A stretch of 64,000 bases of DNA from Myxococcales bacterium (GTDB lineage Bacteria; Myxococcota; Myxococcia; Myxococcales; UBA5297), in NCBI GenBank assembly GCA_031262165.1, contig JAISIF010000071.1, forward strand, positions 78-64,077, in the 5' to 3' direction. This document shows, in pieces, positions 1 to 8,027 of this stretch. Position 1 is the first letter of the stretch, and the number at the start of each line of letters is the position of its first letter. The notes under the pieces are model-generated. The model worked only from the letters and a program-made list of their open reading frames with translations. It was not told the DNA's origin and ran no database searches. The translations under genes were made by a program, and so were the position numbers.

Positions 1-87
1 GCGCGCCGCAAGATCGATCACATCAGCCTGATCCGTGTGAGAGACGACTTCAAAGACGAGGTACTCCAGTCGGTGAGCGACCTCTGA
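1..87 (+). CDS. 3' end of an unidentified CDS entering from upstream of the window (..RRKIDHISLIRVRDDFKDEVLQSVSDL*)
   Basis: Frame 1 is open from base 1 to the TGA at 85-87 and uses GC3-rich codons. It is too short to name. Confidence 0.35.
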   Translation, partial: ARRKIDHISLIRVRDDFKDEVLQSVSDL

Positions 88-202
88 GCGCGCCTCCCAT
101 CGAAGCGCCGCATGAGCGCAGGTCTGAAGGATCCTTCAGCGCCTGCGCTTTCGTTTGAGTCATCTTTCGCAAGCCACCTCATCCCACGCCTCGGGAGGAC
201 AC

Positions 203-2200
203 ATGGCCATCCCTCTCAGACTGCAAATCCACAAGGGCGACGCGCTCCTTCAAACGCGGGAGTTCGATCGCGAGATCATCAAGATCGGTCGCCTCCAGAG
301 CGCCCACCTCTTCATCGATGACGAGAAGGTCTCGCGCATCCACGCCGTCCTCAATGTCGAAAGCGCCGAGCAGATCTCGATCGTGGACATGGGGAGCATC
401 GAAGGGACGTTTCTGAACGGGAAGCGCGTCAACAAGGGCCAGGTCCATTTCGGTGACGAGATCCGGGTCGGCTCGACGCGCATCATCGTCGAGGACGGCT
501 CGGTCGCGCAGGCAGTGACGCAGGCCCCTGCCGTTGCCGCCTCGGACGCTGCTGCTCCGATCGACACCACGGCCGACATGACCGCTGCCCCGGAGCCAGA
601 TGCCTCCATGTCGATGCCGCCGATCCCCGGCGCCGACATCGGGGACATGCCCCCCATCCCGCAGCAGGCCTTCGACCAGATGCCGCCGACGCCAGCGCAG
701 CAGGCCCTGGCCGTGGCCGACGCCGCGCAGGCCGCGAGCATCGAAGCCCCAGGCGCCGAGGAAGACGAGCTGTTCCAGACGCGCAGGCTCGGCAGGTTCG
801 CCCCCAAGGCGTTCGATTCCTACATTCCGATGCAGCCCCAGCCGCGCCGTCCAGCGGCCAACCGCAAGGGCCGCCTGGGCCTGCACATCCGCTACTACTG
901 GGGTGATGCCCTCCTGCAATCCTCGCAGTTCGCCAGCCCCCGCCCCGTCTATGTCGGCAACTCGTGGCGCTGCGACTTCAAGCTCTCCCAACCAGACGAA
1001 CACCAGCTGGTCGGGCCGGGCAATGGCAGCGGTTTCACGATCCAGCTCGGTCCCCAGATGGCGGGAGCCCTCTATCGCCAGGACAGCAACCTCCCCGTCC
1101 AGCTCACCCCCAACGCCACCTGCGATCTAAGGGAGACGGACTTTGCCTGGGTGGACCTCGGTGGCATCCGCGCCGAGTTTTCGTTCGAGGAGCAGCCGCG
1201 CCCCATCGTGGTGCCCTTCTTCCAGAGCCTCGACTACCGCTTCCTCATCCTACTCGTCCTGCTCGGCTTCATGGTTGGCCTCTTCATGGTGGCCGCCTCG
1301 ACCCACACCGAGGCCGACATCATCGCGGACGACATCGGCGAGAAGCAGCTCAAGATCGTTCGAGCCATCCTCCAGGAGGCGGAGAAGCCTCAGAAGAATC
1401 CCCTGCTCGACAAGCTCAACAAGAAGGAAGAGGAGCAGCCCCAGCCGGGCGAGCAGGCTGAGAAGCACAAGAATGACGAAGGCAAGATGGGCAAGAAGGA
1501 CATGGCCGAGAACAAGACCAAACGCAGCGCGCCCAAGGCCATCGACATCAACGCGAAGGATCTCGTGAAGCACTCGGGCGGCCTCGTGAGCGTGCTCGGT
1601 GGCGGCGGCGGTGGCGGCCTCGCGACCATCTTTGGTCAGGGTGGCCTGGGGGGCGACATCAAGGGCGCGATCGGCAACATGCATGGCCCACAGGTGGGCG
1701 ACGCGGGCGGCTTCGGTGGCCTGGGGACGCGCGGCACGGGCGTCGGCGGTGGCGGCGCGGGCAACACCATCGGCATCGGCGGCATCGGCACCAAGGGCCG
1801 CGGCGGTGGGCTCGCTGGGTATGGCAAGGGGCTCGGCAACCTGGGCGGGAAAAAATCGACGGGCGTGGAGATCTCGGACGACGGCTCGTCGATCCAGGGG
1901 TCGCTCGACAAGGAGCTCATCCGCCAGGTCATCCAGAGAAACATGGGGCAGATCCGCTACTGCTACGAGAAGGAGCTCCAGAAGAAGCCGGATCTCGCAG
2001 GCAAGCTGGTCATTCGCTTCGAGATCGCGCCCAAGGGCAATGTGACGGACGCCAAGACGGCCACGGGCACCACACTCAGAGACGCGGCCCTCTCCGACTG
2101 TGTGACGGTCCGCATCCGCAACTGGAGATTCCCCGAGCCCAAGGGCGGCGGAAAGGTCATCGTCACCTATCCGTTCGTCTTCAAGTCCTCCGGTGACTGA
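203..2200 (+). CDS. FHA-domain membrane protein with a C-terminal AgmX/PglI-type (TonB-C-like) module; PglI-like
   Basis: This lies in ORF 155..2200. The first ATG, at 203, is preceded by GGGAGGA (193-199). There is an FHA signature (IKIGRLQSAHLFIDDEKVSRIHAVL..GSIEGTFLNGKRV) and one TM helix (FLILLVLLGFMVGLFMVAA). Lys/Glu-rich and Gly-rich linkers follow. The C-terminal module is RYCYEKE..DCVTVRIRNWRFPEP..VTYPFVF. Confidence 0.85.
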   Translation: MAIPLRLQIHKGDALLQTREFDREIIKIGRLQSAHLFIDDEKVSRIHAVLNVESAEQISIVDMGSIEGTFLNGKRVNKGQVHFGDEIRVGSTRIIVEDGSVAQAVTQAPAVAASDAAAPIDTTADMTAAPEPDASMSMPPIPGADIGDMPPIPQQAFDQMPPTPAQQALAVADAAQAASIEAPGAEEDELFQTRRLGRFAPKAFDSYIPMQPQPRRPAANRKGRLGLHIRYYWGDALLQSSQFASPRPVYVGNSWRCDFKLSQPDEHQLVGPGNGSGFTIQLGPQMAGALYRQDSNLPVQLTPNATCDLRETDFAWVDLGGIRAEFSFEEQPRPIVVPFFQSLDYRFLILLVLLGFMVGLFMVAASTHTEADIIADDIGEKQLKIVRAILQEAEKPQKNPLLDKLNKKEEEQPQPGEQAEKHKNDEGKMGKKDMAENKTKRSAPKAIDINAKDLVKHSGGLVSVLGGGGGGGLATIFGQGGLGGDIKGAIGNMHGPQVGDAGGFGGLGTRGTGVGGGGAGNTIGIGGIGTKGRGGGLAGYGKGLGNLGGKKSTGVEISDDGSSIQGSLDKELIRQVIQRNMGQIRYCYEKELQKKPDLAGKLVIRFEIAPKGNVTDAKTATGTTLRDAALSDCVTVRIRNWRFPEPKGGGKVIVTYPFVFKSSGD

Positions 2201-2391
2201 GCGGCACCGACGTCACGACATCCGATGACACCCTCATGACAGGCGGTGGCCACGTGGCTGCCGCCTGTTTTCGTTGACGCGCCGCGCGAGCTCGAACGCC
2301 ACCTGCCCCTATCGGTCGCGAGCACCGAATCCCCGCTCTCCTCACCGCACCGCGCCACGCGTGAGCGACCTCTCTGGAAGGAGCCCTCCGA

Positions 2392-3372
2392 ATGATCCGC
2401 CAGCCCCTCTTCTTCGCCTTTGGCCTCGTCCTGCTCGTGGCGCTCGTCCTCTGGCACCGCTCGAATGTCGCCGAGAAGACGTCATGGAGACCCAAACCGC
2501 CCGCGCCGTCCTGGACACCCAAGCCGCCCGCAAAACCCGCCTCGAAGCCACCCGCCCCCCCACCCGATCCCTTCTCGTTCAGCGTGACGCCCGCGGCGTT
2601 CCCCGCTGTGTTCACGGAAGAACAGATCCAGGCCGTCCTCGACCCACAGATGAAGTCGATCTTCCACTGCGCCGAGAAGGCCATCGCGCAGCCCCAGGCC
2701 AGATCGACAAAGGAGAGCGCCGTCAATGTCCACGCCAATCTCACGCTGGATCGCGAGGGCACGCTGCGGCGCGCCGATCTCGTCAGCCTGGGCTCGAACA
2801 CGGCTTGGCTCCTCCCCTTGAGGGCGTGCGTGGCGGCAGCTGTCAATCGATGGAAGTTTCCCGCCCCTGCCGCCGATCGCGACGCGCTGCTCGTGTTGAC
2901 GTTCGTGTTCTACGGCGCCGCCACGACTGACGAATGGCCGAGCAAGCGCACCACACAGCGCAACGCCAAGCAGAACGCAGAGTTCACCGTTCACGCCTTC
3001 GTCGAGAAAAATGTCTCGCTGGTGGACCCCGCGCCCTTCCGAGCGCTCGTGGAGGCCGCCGCGCCGCGCCTCTCCGAGGTGTGCCGCATGGAAGGTCTCT
3101 CGCCTCACCCAACGGCAGAGGCCACGCTCCTGTTCGAGATCTCGCCGGATGGGAGCGTCTCGAAGGAGACGGTGGCGGTGCGTGGGCTCGACGCTTCAGC
3201 AGAAGCGCTCGACGCGCATCTGGCCTGCGTCCAGCGTGAGGTCGGCGCCTGGAAATTCCCGGCGCTCCCAACAATCGACGCGAAGGCGAGCGTCAGCCAC
3301 CTGTTGCGCTGGGACGAGGCTGAAGAGCAGCTCGACGCGCGCGCCTCCAGTGAAAGCGAGTCGTCGCGATGA
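2392..3372 (+). CDS. Membrane-anchored Pro-rich protein with two AgmX/PglI-type two-Cys modules
   Basis: The ATG at 2392 follows GGAAGGAG. There is an N-terminal TM helix (FFAFGLVLLVALVLW). The two modules are FHCAEKA..ACVAAAVNRWKFP and EVCRMEG..ACVQREVGAWKFP. The stop overlaps the next start (ATGA). Confidence 0.75.
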   Translation: MIRQPLFFAFGLVLLVALVLWHRSNVAEKTSWRPKPPAPSWTPKPPAKPASKPPAPPPDPFSFSVTPAAFPAVFTEEQIQAVLDPQMKSIFHCAEKAIAQPQARSTKESAVNVHANLTLDREGTLRRADLVSLGSNTAWLLPLRACVAAAVNRWKFPAPAADRDALLVLTFVFYGAATTDEWPSKRTTQRNAKQNAEFTVHAFVEKNVSLVDPAPFRALVEAAAPRLSEVCRMEGLSPHPTAEATLLFEISPDGSVSKETVAVRGLDASAEALDAHLACVQREVGAWKFPALPTIDAKASVSHLLRWDEAEEQLDARASSESESSR

Positions 3373-6032
3373 ACAAGCCCCTCTTCCCCTATCTCATCGG
3401 CCTCATCGCCCTCTTCACCCTCGTCTTCTGGTTGCGCCAGACGGGCTCTGGAGTGAGCCCAAAGGATTGGACGCCCGAGCTCAAAGAACTCGCCGATCGC
3501 GAAAACCTGAGCGTCTCCCTGTCCAGCAATGCCCTGGGGCAGACTGAGCTCGACGGCTTGCGCCTGTGCTTCGCGGCCGCGCGCCACAAAGATCGCGCGC
3601 TGGGCGATGGGGACGTCACGACGACGTTCCAGGTGGATCTCCACTCTCGTCGGATCGTCAACTTCGAGATCCAAGAGGCCTCCTCCAGCCTGACGAGCGC
3701 GCCGCTCCTCAAATGTATTCGGAAGCGCGCGCGCCGTTGGAAGGCGCTGCCGCTGGACGCCTATTCCCACGACCCGAGCAGAGAGCAGATCCTCAGCTTC
3801 CGCTCGCGCCGTCCAGAGGAGGCGAGCCCACCGCCATCGGTCGCGTCACCGGTGAGCCAGCCCGTGCCCCTGCCCCTGACCGCGCCCAACCCCAAGCCCA
3901 ACCCCAAGCCACGGTCGCGGCCTTCGGACGCCGGGCAATACAAGCAGCTCGACGAAATCGCGCACCGCGATGGACTCAGCGTCACCTTGATTGACGACAC
4001 GGGCGCGGCGGCTTCGCCAGAGGCGCTCTTCCCCTGGATCGAGCTCGACCTCGACGGCCTGCGCCGCTGCTATGCCTGGGCGCGTCAGCTCGACCCCTCG
4101 GTGGGTGAGGGCAACGTCGCGCTGATCTCCAAGCGCCTGCCCAACTCGACGAAGCTCTCCGGGATCGACGTGCTCGACGAGGGAACCACGCTCCAGAGCC
4201 CGCTCCTCGACCTTTGCCTCCAGGGCCGTGTGGCGAGCTGGGCACTCACCGCCGAGGATGATTTCCCTGCTGCCAAGCCCAAGCGACAGGTCGAGCACCA
4301 GCGCTACACGTTCCAGTTCCGTCAGACTGCCGAGCCTCCCTCTGCTGACGCGCTCCAGCACGTGGACCAGGAGGCAGGCGGCTCGGACAGCGCTCCCCCG
4401 GCCCTCGCTCGAGAGCCAGCGCGCGCGGGCTCGCCAATGCGGCGAGGCGGGAACATGAGCTGGGAGGAGGAGGTCGCCCGATCGGTGCTGCGCCGCAACG
4501 CGTGGGAGGCCTCTGCCCCGGAGCGATGGCGCGAGATCGACTACTGCTACGAGCGGGAGCGTCTGGTCTTCCCCGAGCTCGACCGCGACGTAAAAAATGT
4601 GATTGTCCAGAGCACCAGATCGCCCAGCGGGGCGATCACGCACACGCTCCTGGACGAGGGCTTACCCGAGCGCTTCGCCAACTGCGTCCGCGACCGCATC
4701 GCCAAGTGGCAGACGTCCGACACAGGGTGGCGCTTCGGCCTCTCGGAGCGCAGGTTCAGCGATCAGCCACGCCAAGCGGTGGACGAGCAGGAGCCCTTCG
4801 AGATGGCGTTCGAGCGAAAGGTCGAGGCGTTCTCGCGCGCGCAGGTGCAGGAGGTCATCGACGCAAACCTCGGCCAGTTCCACGCTTGCAGCTGGCGCAT
4901 CCCGTCACATCTCATCCATGGCAAGCGCCTGCCCCTGGAGCTGTGGCTCGCCCTGGATCGCAACGGCATCGTGCGCCAGGTCAACGCCGCGTTCCCGACG
5001 CTCCCGGCCGCCGAGCAGCTCTCGGCGCTGAGCACGTGCCTCGGGACAGCCGCGCGCACGTGGCGTTTCCCTTTGCCGCAGGACAGGCTCGCCACGTCGA
5101 TTCACCTGAGACTGACGTTCAAGGCGTCGGATGTGGAGCCAGCCTCCTTCAACCCCATCACCAGCGACTTCGGGATCTTCTCCAACGCCATCCTCGGCCG
5201 TGCGCGCGACGAGCTCCACGCCGATCTCTTGGAGATCGCCTCCGTACCGAACGGGGCGGCCTTCCGCGAGGTCGTCGCCGCAAAGGCGGCCCGACTCCTC
5301 AAGAGATGCCCTGGCGCTGGCATCGCGTTTCGCGAGGGCGAGGCCATCCCGCTCCAGTTCGAGCTCGCGCCAGACGGCCGCGTCCTGAAGGAGACACTGA
5401 CGCTCGGGTTCCGCGCCCCCTCGAAAGCGCACCCCGCCAAACCGCGCAAGGGCGGCGCTGCCTGGCGTCACTTCCAGACCGAGTCGTGGCGCGCGGCCAA
5501 GGCCACGGACGCGCTCAACTTCATGACCTGCCTCCAGCGTGAGGTCGGCGCCTGGAAGTTCCCCAAGGTGCCGGGCGGTGGCAGGGCGAGCGTCAGTCAT
5601 CGGCTCGTCTGGCGTGAACCCATCCGCGCGAAACAGGCGACACGCCAGGGTGGCGATGGCTGCCGCGGACCAAACGGCGAGTGGCGCTGCAAGAAAACCG
5701 TGACGCTCGAGGATCACGGGGCGACGATCGATGGTTCGCTCGGATGGCCGTCCATCCGCAAGATCCTCGCCCAAAACATGGGAGAGATCCGCCATTGTTA
5801 TGAAGAGGCGCTTCAGAATCAGCCCTACCTCGCGGGCAAGCTGCCCGTCCGCTTCGACATCGCGCCCGAGGGCAACGTCATGAAGGTCGAGTTCGGACCG
5901 ATCTCCTCTACGATCCAGAGCGAGACGCTCGTCGAGTGCTTCCAGGCCAGAATCGGCAGCTGGCACTTTCCCGAATCACCGACAGGCGCCCGGGTGAGCG
6001 TCAGCTATCGGATGGTCCGCGAGCGCCGCTGA
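3369..6032 (+). CDS. Membrane-anchored protein with six tandem AgmX/PglI-type two-Cys modules
   Basis: There is a 4-nt ATGA overlap with the previous gene and an N-terminal TM helix (LIGLIALFTLVFW). Six modules share the same Cys..Cys-x7/8-W skeleton: LCFAAA..KCIRKRARRWKALP; RRCYAWA..LCLQGRVASWAL; DYCYERE..NCVRDRIAKWQT; HACSWRI..TCLGTAARTWRFP; KRCPGAG..TCLQREVGAWKFP; RHCYEEA..ECFQARIGSWHFP. Confidence 0.75.
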   Translation: MNKPLFPYLIGLIALFTLVFWLRQTGSGVSPKDWTPELKELADRENLSVSLSSNALGQTELDGLRLCFAAARHKDRALGDGDVTTTFQVDLHSRRIVNFEIQEASSSLTSAPLLKCIRKRARRWKALPLDAYSHDPSREQILSFRSRRPEEASPPPSVASPVSQPVPLPLTAPNPKPNPKPRSRPSDAGQYKQLDEIAHRDGLSVTLIDDTGAAASPEALFPWIELDLDGLRRCYAWARQLDPSVGEGNVALISKRLPNSTKLSGIDVLDEGTTLQSPLLDLCLQGRVASWALTAEDDFPAAKPKRQVEHQRYTFQFRQTAEPPSADALQHVDQEAGGSDSAPPALAREPARAGSPMRRGGNMSWEEEVARSVLRRNAWEASAPERWREIDYCYERERLVFPELDRDVKNVIVQSTRSPSGAITHTLLDEGLPERFANCVRDRIAKWQTSDTGWRFGLSERRFSDQPRQAVDEQEPFEMAFERKVEAFSRAQVQEVIDANLGQFHACSWRIPSHLIHGKRLPLELWLALDRNGIVRQVNAAFPTLPAAEQLSALSTCLGTAARTWRFPLPQDRLATSIHLRLTFKASDVEPASFNPITSDFGIFSNAILGRARDELHADLLEIASVPNGAAFREVVAAKAARLLKRCPGAGIAFREGEAIPLQFELAPDGRVLKETLTLGFRAPSKAHPAKPRKGGAAWRHFQTESWRAAKATDALNFMTCLQREVGAWKFPKVPGGGRASVSHRLVWREPIRAKQATRQGGDGCRGPNGEWRCKKTVTLEDHGATIDGSLGWPSIRKILAQNMGEIRHCYEEALQNQPYLAGKLPVRFDIAPEGNVMKVEFGPISSTIQSETLVECFQARIGSWHFPESPTGARVSVSYRMVRERR

Positions 6033-6104
6033 GTCGAGTCGGCGCTCGGGAGGCCTTCGTTGCCGTGACGCCAATCTCCTCTCCCAAGAGAGCGCCGCCT
6101 CGCG

Positions 6105-6540
6105 ATGAACGAATCGATTGCCCTCGACGCCGTCGGCGCGATCACGCTCGTCGGCCTCGTCGTCTGGTTGCGCCTGGCGAATCAGGAAGAAGCGCAGGCG
6201 CGTGAGCTCGCGGCGTCACCCATGCCTGGGCCCCCTCGACCCGCGCTCTTCTGTTCGTCATTCCAGAGAGCCATCCGATTCGGCCGACCGAGATCCAGAT
6301 GGATCTGAAGGCCCTATGCGCAGGCGCGACCGGCCAACCCAACGCTGGTGATCGAGGGCGAGGTGGGGGGGGATGGCTTTCACGGCGCGCCTCTCCTCGA
6401 CCAGAGCCCTCGACTTCACGTTCATGCACCAGCGCACCACGCTGTGGCGCGACCCCCTCTTCGAGCGCATCCGAAAGTGCGTCACGCAGTGGAAGCGCCC
6501 AACGGGAACCATGCCTCCCGCCAACGACTTCTTCTTCCGA
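6105..6540 (+). pseudogene. Decayed fourth paralogue of the two-Cys module family (TM N-terminus plus one module, broken by a stop and a frameshift)
   Basis: Frame 0 gives MNESIALDAVGAITLVGLVVWLR.., paralogous to the N-termini of the genes at 2392 and 3369, then stops at 6306. The same frame resumes with ..PTLVIEGEVGGDGFHGAPLLD. Frame +1 continues with ..LWRDPLFERIRKCVTQWKRPTG..NDFFF. Together these reproduce the module skeleton (compare LVIRFEIAPKGNV...LRDAALSDCVTVRIRNWRFP). Confidence 0.4.
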
Positions 6541-6756
6541 ACGCCTCCCGCGCCCACGCTCGAGACAGGGAGGAAGCGGGAAGGAAATCGTGGCCCTCGT
6601 CGATTCAGATGGCCGCGGACAGGGGCCGACCTCTTCCGACGCGGCAGAGAAAATCGTTTGAGTTCCTTGAGCTCTGTCTCGATGGCGCTATGAACCGCCG
6701 CTTTTTGGCAGCAGCTCCAGGCATCCGCCACGACGCCGTTCCTTTCCCGAGACATC

Positions 6757-7674
6757 ATGAACAAGCTCGCCTTTCCCCTCGCCTTTGCCCTGTCAGCCGC
6801 TGGCTGCGTCTATCCCGCCGAGCGCGGCAAGATGCTCGAAGCCAGGGTCGTCCAGCTGGAGACTGACAAGGCCGCGTTGGAGGCTTCGCTCCTGGCCCAG
6901 CGCGAACAGCTCGAAGCCCAGCTCCCCATCATCCAGGAGGCGCTGAGCAAGCTCGAGGCCGCCTCGCGCCGCTCCAACGCCGACACCGGCGTCCAGATGG
7001 AGGAGATGCAGATCCTCGTCGCCACGCTGCGAGGTCAGCTCGAAGAGCAGACCTATCGGATGGTGCGGCTCGAAGAGGCGCTGTCGCAGCTGCGCGCTCA
7101 GCCGCCGCTCGCCACGTCTCCAGCTGTCGCGGCAAGCCCTGAGTCGCCGGAGGCAGCCTCGACATCGATACCTGCGCCGACAACACCACCGACCTCATCA
7201 GTGCCTTCGACGGTGGCCACCGCCACGCCCGTGCCAGCCGTGGTCAAGCCCGCGGAGAAGCCGATCGACAAGGCCGATCGCCAGGCCTTTGCCGACGCCG
7301 TCGTACAGAAGCTCAAGAGCCAGCCTGCCGCGGGCCGCAAGCTCGCCGACGAATTCCTCGGCAAGTGGCCCAAGCACGCGCTCGCCGCCCGCGTCTACTA
7401 CGAGGTCGGGATGAGCCACCTGGCCGAGAAGAACCACAGGGCCGCCCTGTCCGAGTTCGGCGTCTTCATCCAGCCAGACATGCCCAAGGCCTTCACGGAC
7501 AGCCCCTGGGCCCCGGAGGCGCTCCTGCGCTCTGCCGACTGCTTCGCGGCGCTCAAGATGTCGCGCGAGGTGACGATGGCCCTCGAAGAGGTCGTCAACG
7601 GCTACCCCAAGAGCAGCGCGGCCAAGGATGCCAAGGCGCGCCTGGAGGCGCAGAAGAAGGCCAAGAAGAAGTGA
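6757..7674 (+). CDS. CpoB/YbgF-like lipoprotein (coiled coil plus C-terminal TPR-like region)
   Basis: There is a lipoprotein signal (MNKLAFPLAFALSAAGC) and an N-terminal coiled coil (LETDKAALEASLLAQREQLEAQ..). A Pro/Ala/Thr linker follows. The C-terminal TPR-like part (ALAARVYYEVGMSHLAEKNHRAALSEF..APEALLRSADCFAALK..YPKSSAAKDAKARLE) gives the architecture of Tol-Pal protein YbgF/CpoB. Confidence 0.6.
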   Translation: MNKLAFPLAFALSAAGCVYPAERGKMLEARVVQLETDKAALEASLLAQREQLEAQLPIIQEALSKLEAASRRSNADTGVQMEEMQILVATLRGQLEEQTYRMVRLEEALSQLRAQPPLATSPAVAASPESPEAASTSIPAPTTPPTSSVPSTVATATPVPAVVKPAEKPIDKADRQAFADAVVQKLKSQPAAGRKLADEFLGKWPKHALAARVYYEVGMSHLAEKNHRAALSEFGVFIQPDMPKAFTDSPWAPEALLRSADCFAALKMSREVTMALEEVVNGYPKSSAAKDAKARLEAQKKAKKK

Positions 7675-7758
7675 CCCCGTCCTGCTCGTCCGACGCCTTC
7701 CTCCCCGCGCCAAGTCATTCGACGTGTCCCTCCCCCCCCCAGGGCGTCCTTTGTTCTG

Positions 7759-7919
7759 AGGACTCATCCCTCGATTAGCCCATCGTCCCGCTCGTCCGTG
7801 AAGCGTCAGCCTTCGTTGCTTCGCTCTTCACTTCCGTCTGGAAGCGCCCGCATCGCGCCTCGTCTGGCATTCCCCGGCCTTCGCGTTGTTCGCTCCTGAT
7901 TGTCGAAAGGGATGTGTCA
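7759..7919 (-). mobile_element. Family-A MITE-like repeat, copy 1 (reverse orientation, right end degenerate)
   Basis: It starts with aggactcatccctcgatta. The core cgccttcgttgcttcgctcttcacttccgtctggaag is the reverse complement of the core shared by the other copies. Confidence 0.8.
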
Positions 7920-8027
7920 GGGCGCAGCACGCCGTGCCCCCGCAAAATCGCATCGTTCCGGGTCGAACTCAGCTGAACTCGATCTCCGTGTTTTCGCGCC
8001 GACGCGCAGCCTCGAAAGTGCCCTCGC

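Noticed and set aside
155-202. N-terminal extensions of track ORFs (e.g. 155 vs 203; 22560 vs 22635; 30193 vs 30463; 41529 vs 41730; 40408 vs 40195; 17960 vs 17798)
   Set aside because: The longest-ORF starts add Arg/Pro/Ser-rich leaders without RBS support. Internal ATGs are preceded by Shine-Dalgarno-like sequences and begin at the expected signal peptide, Rossmann motif or conserved N-terminus.
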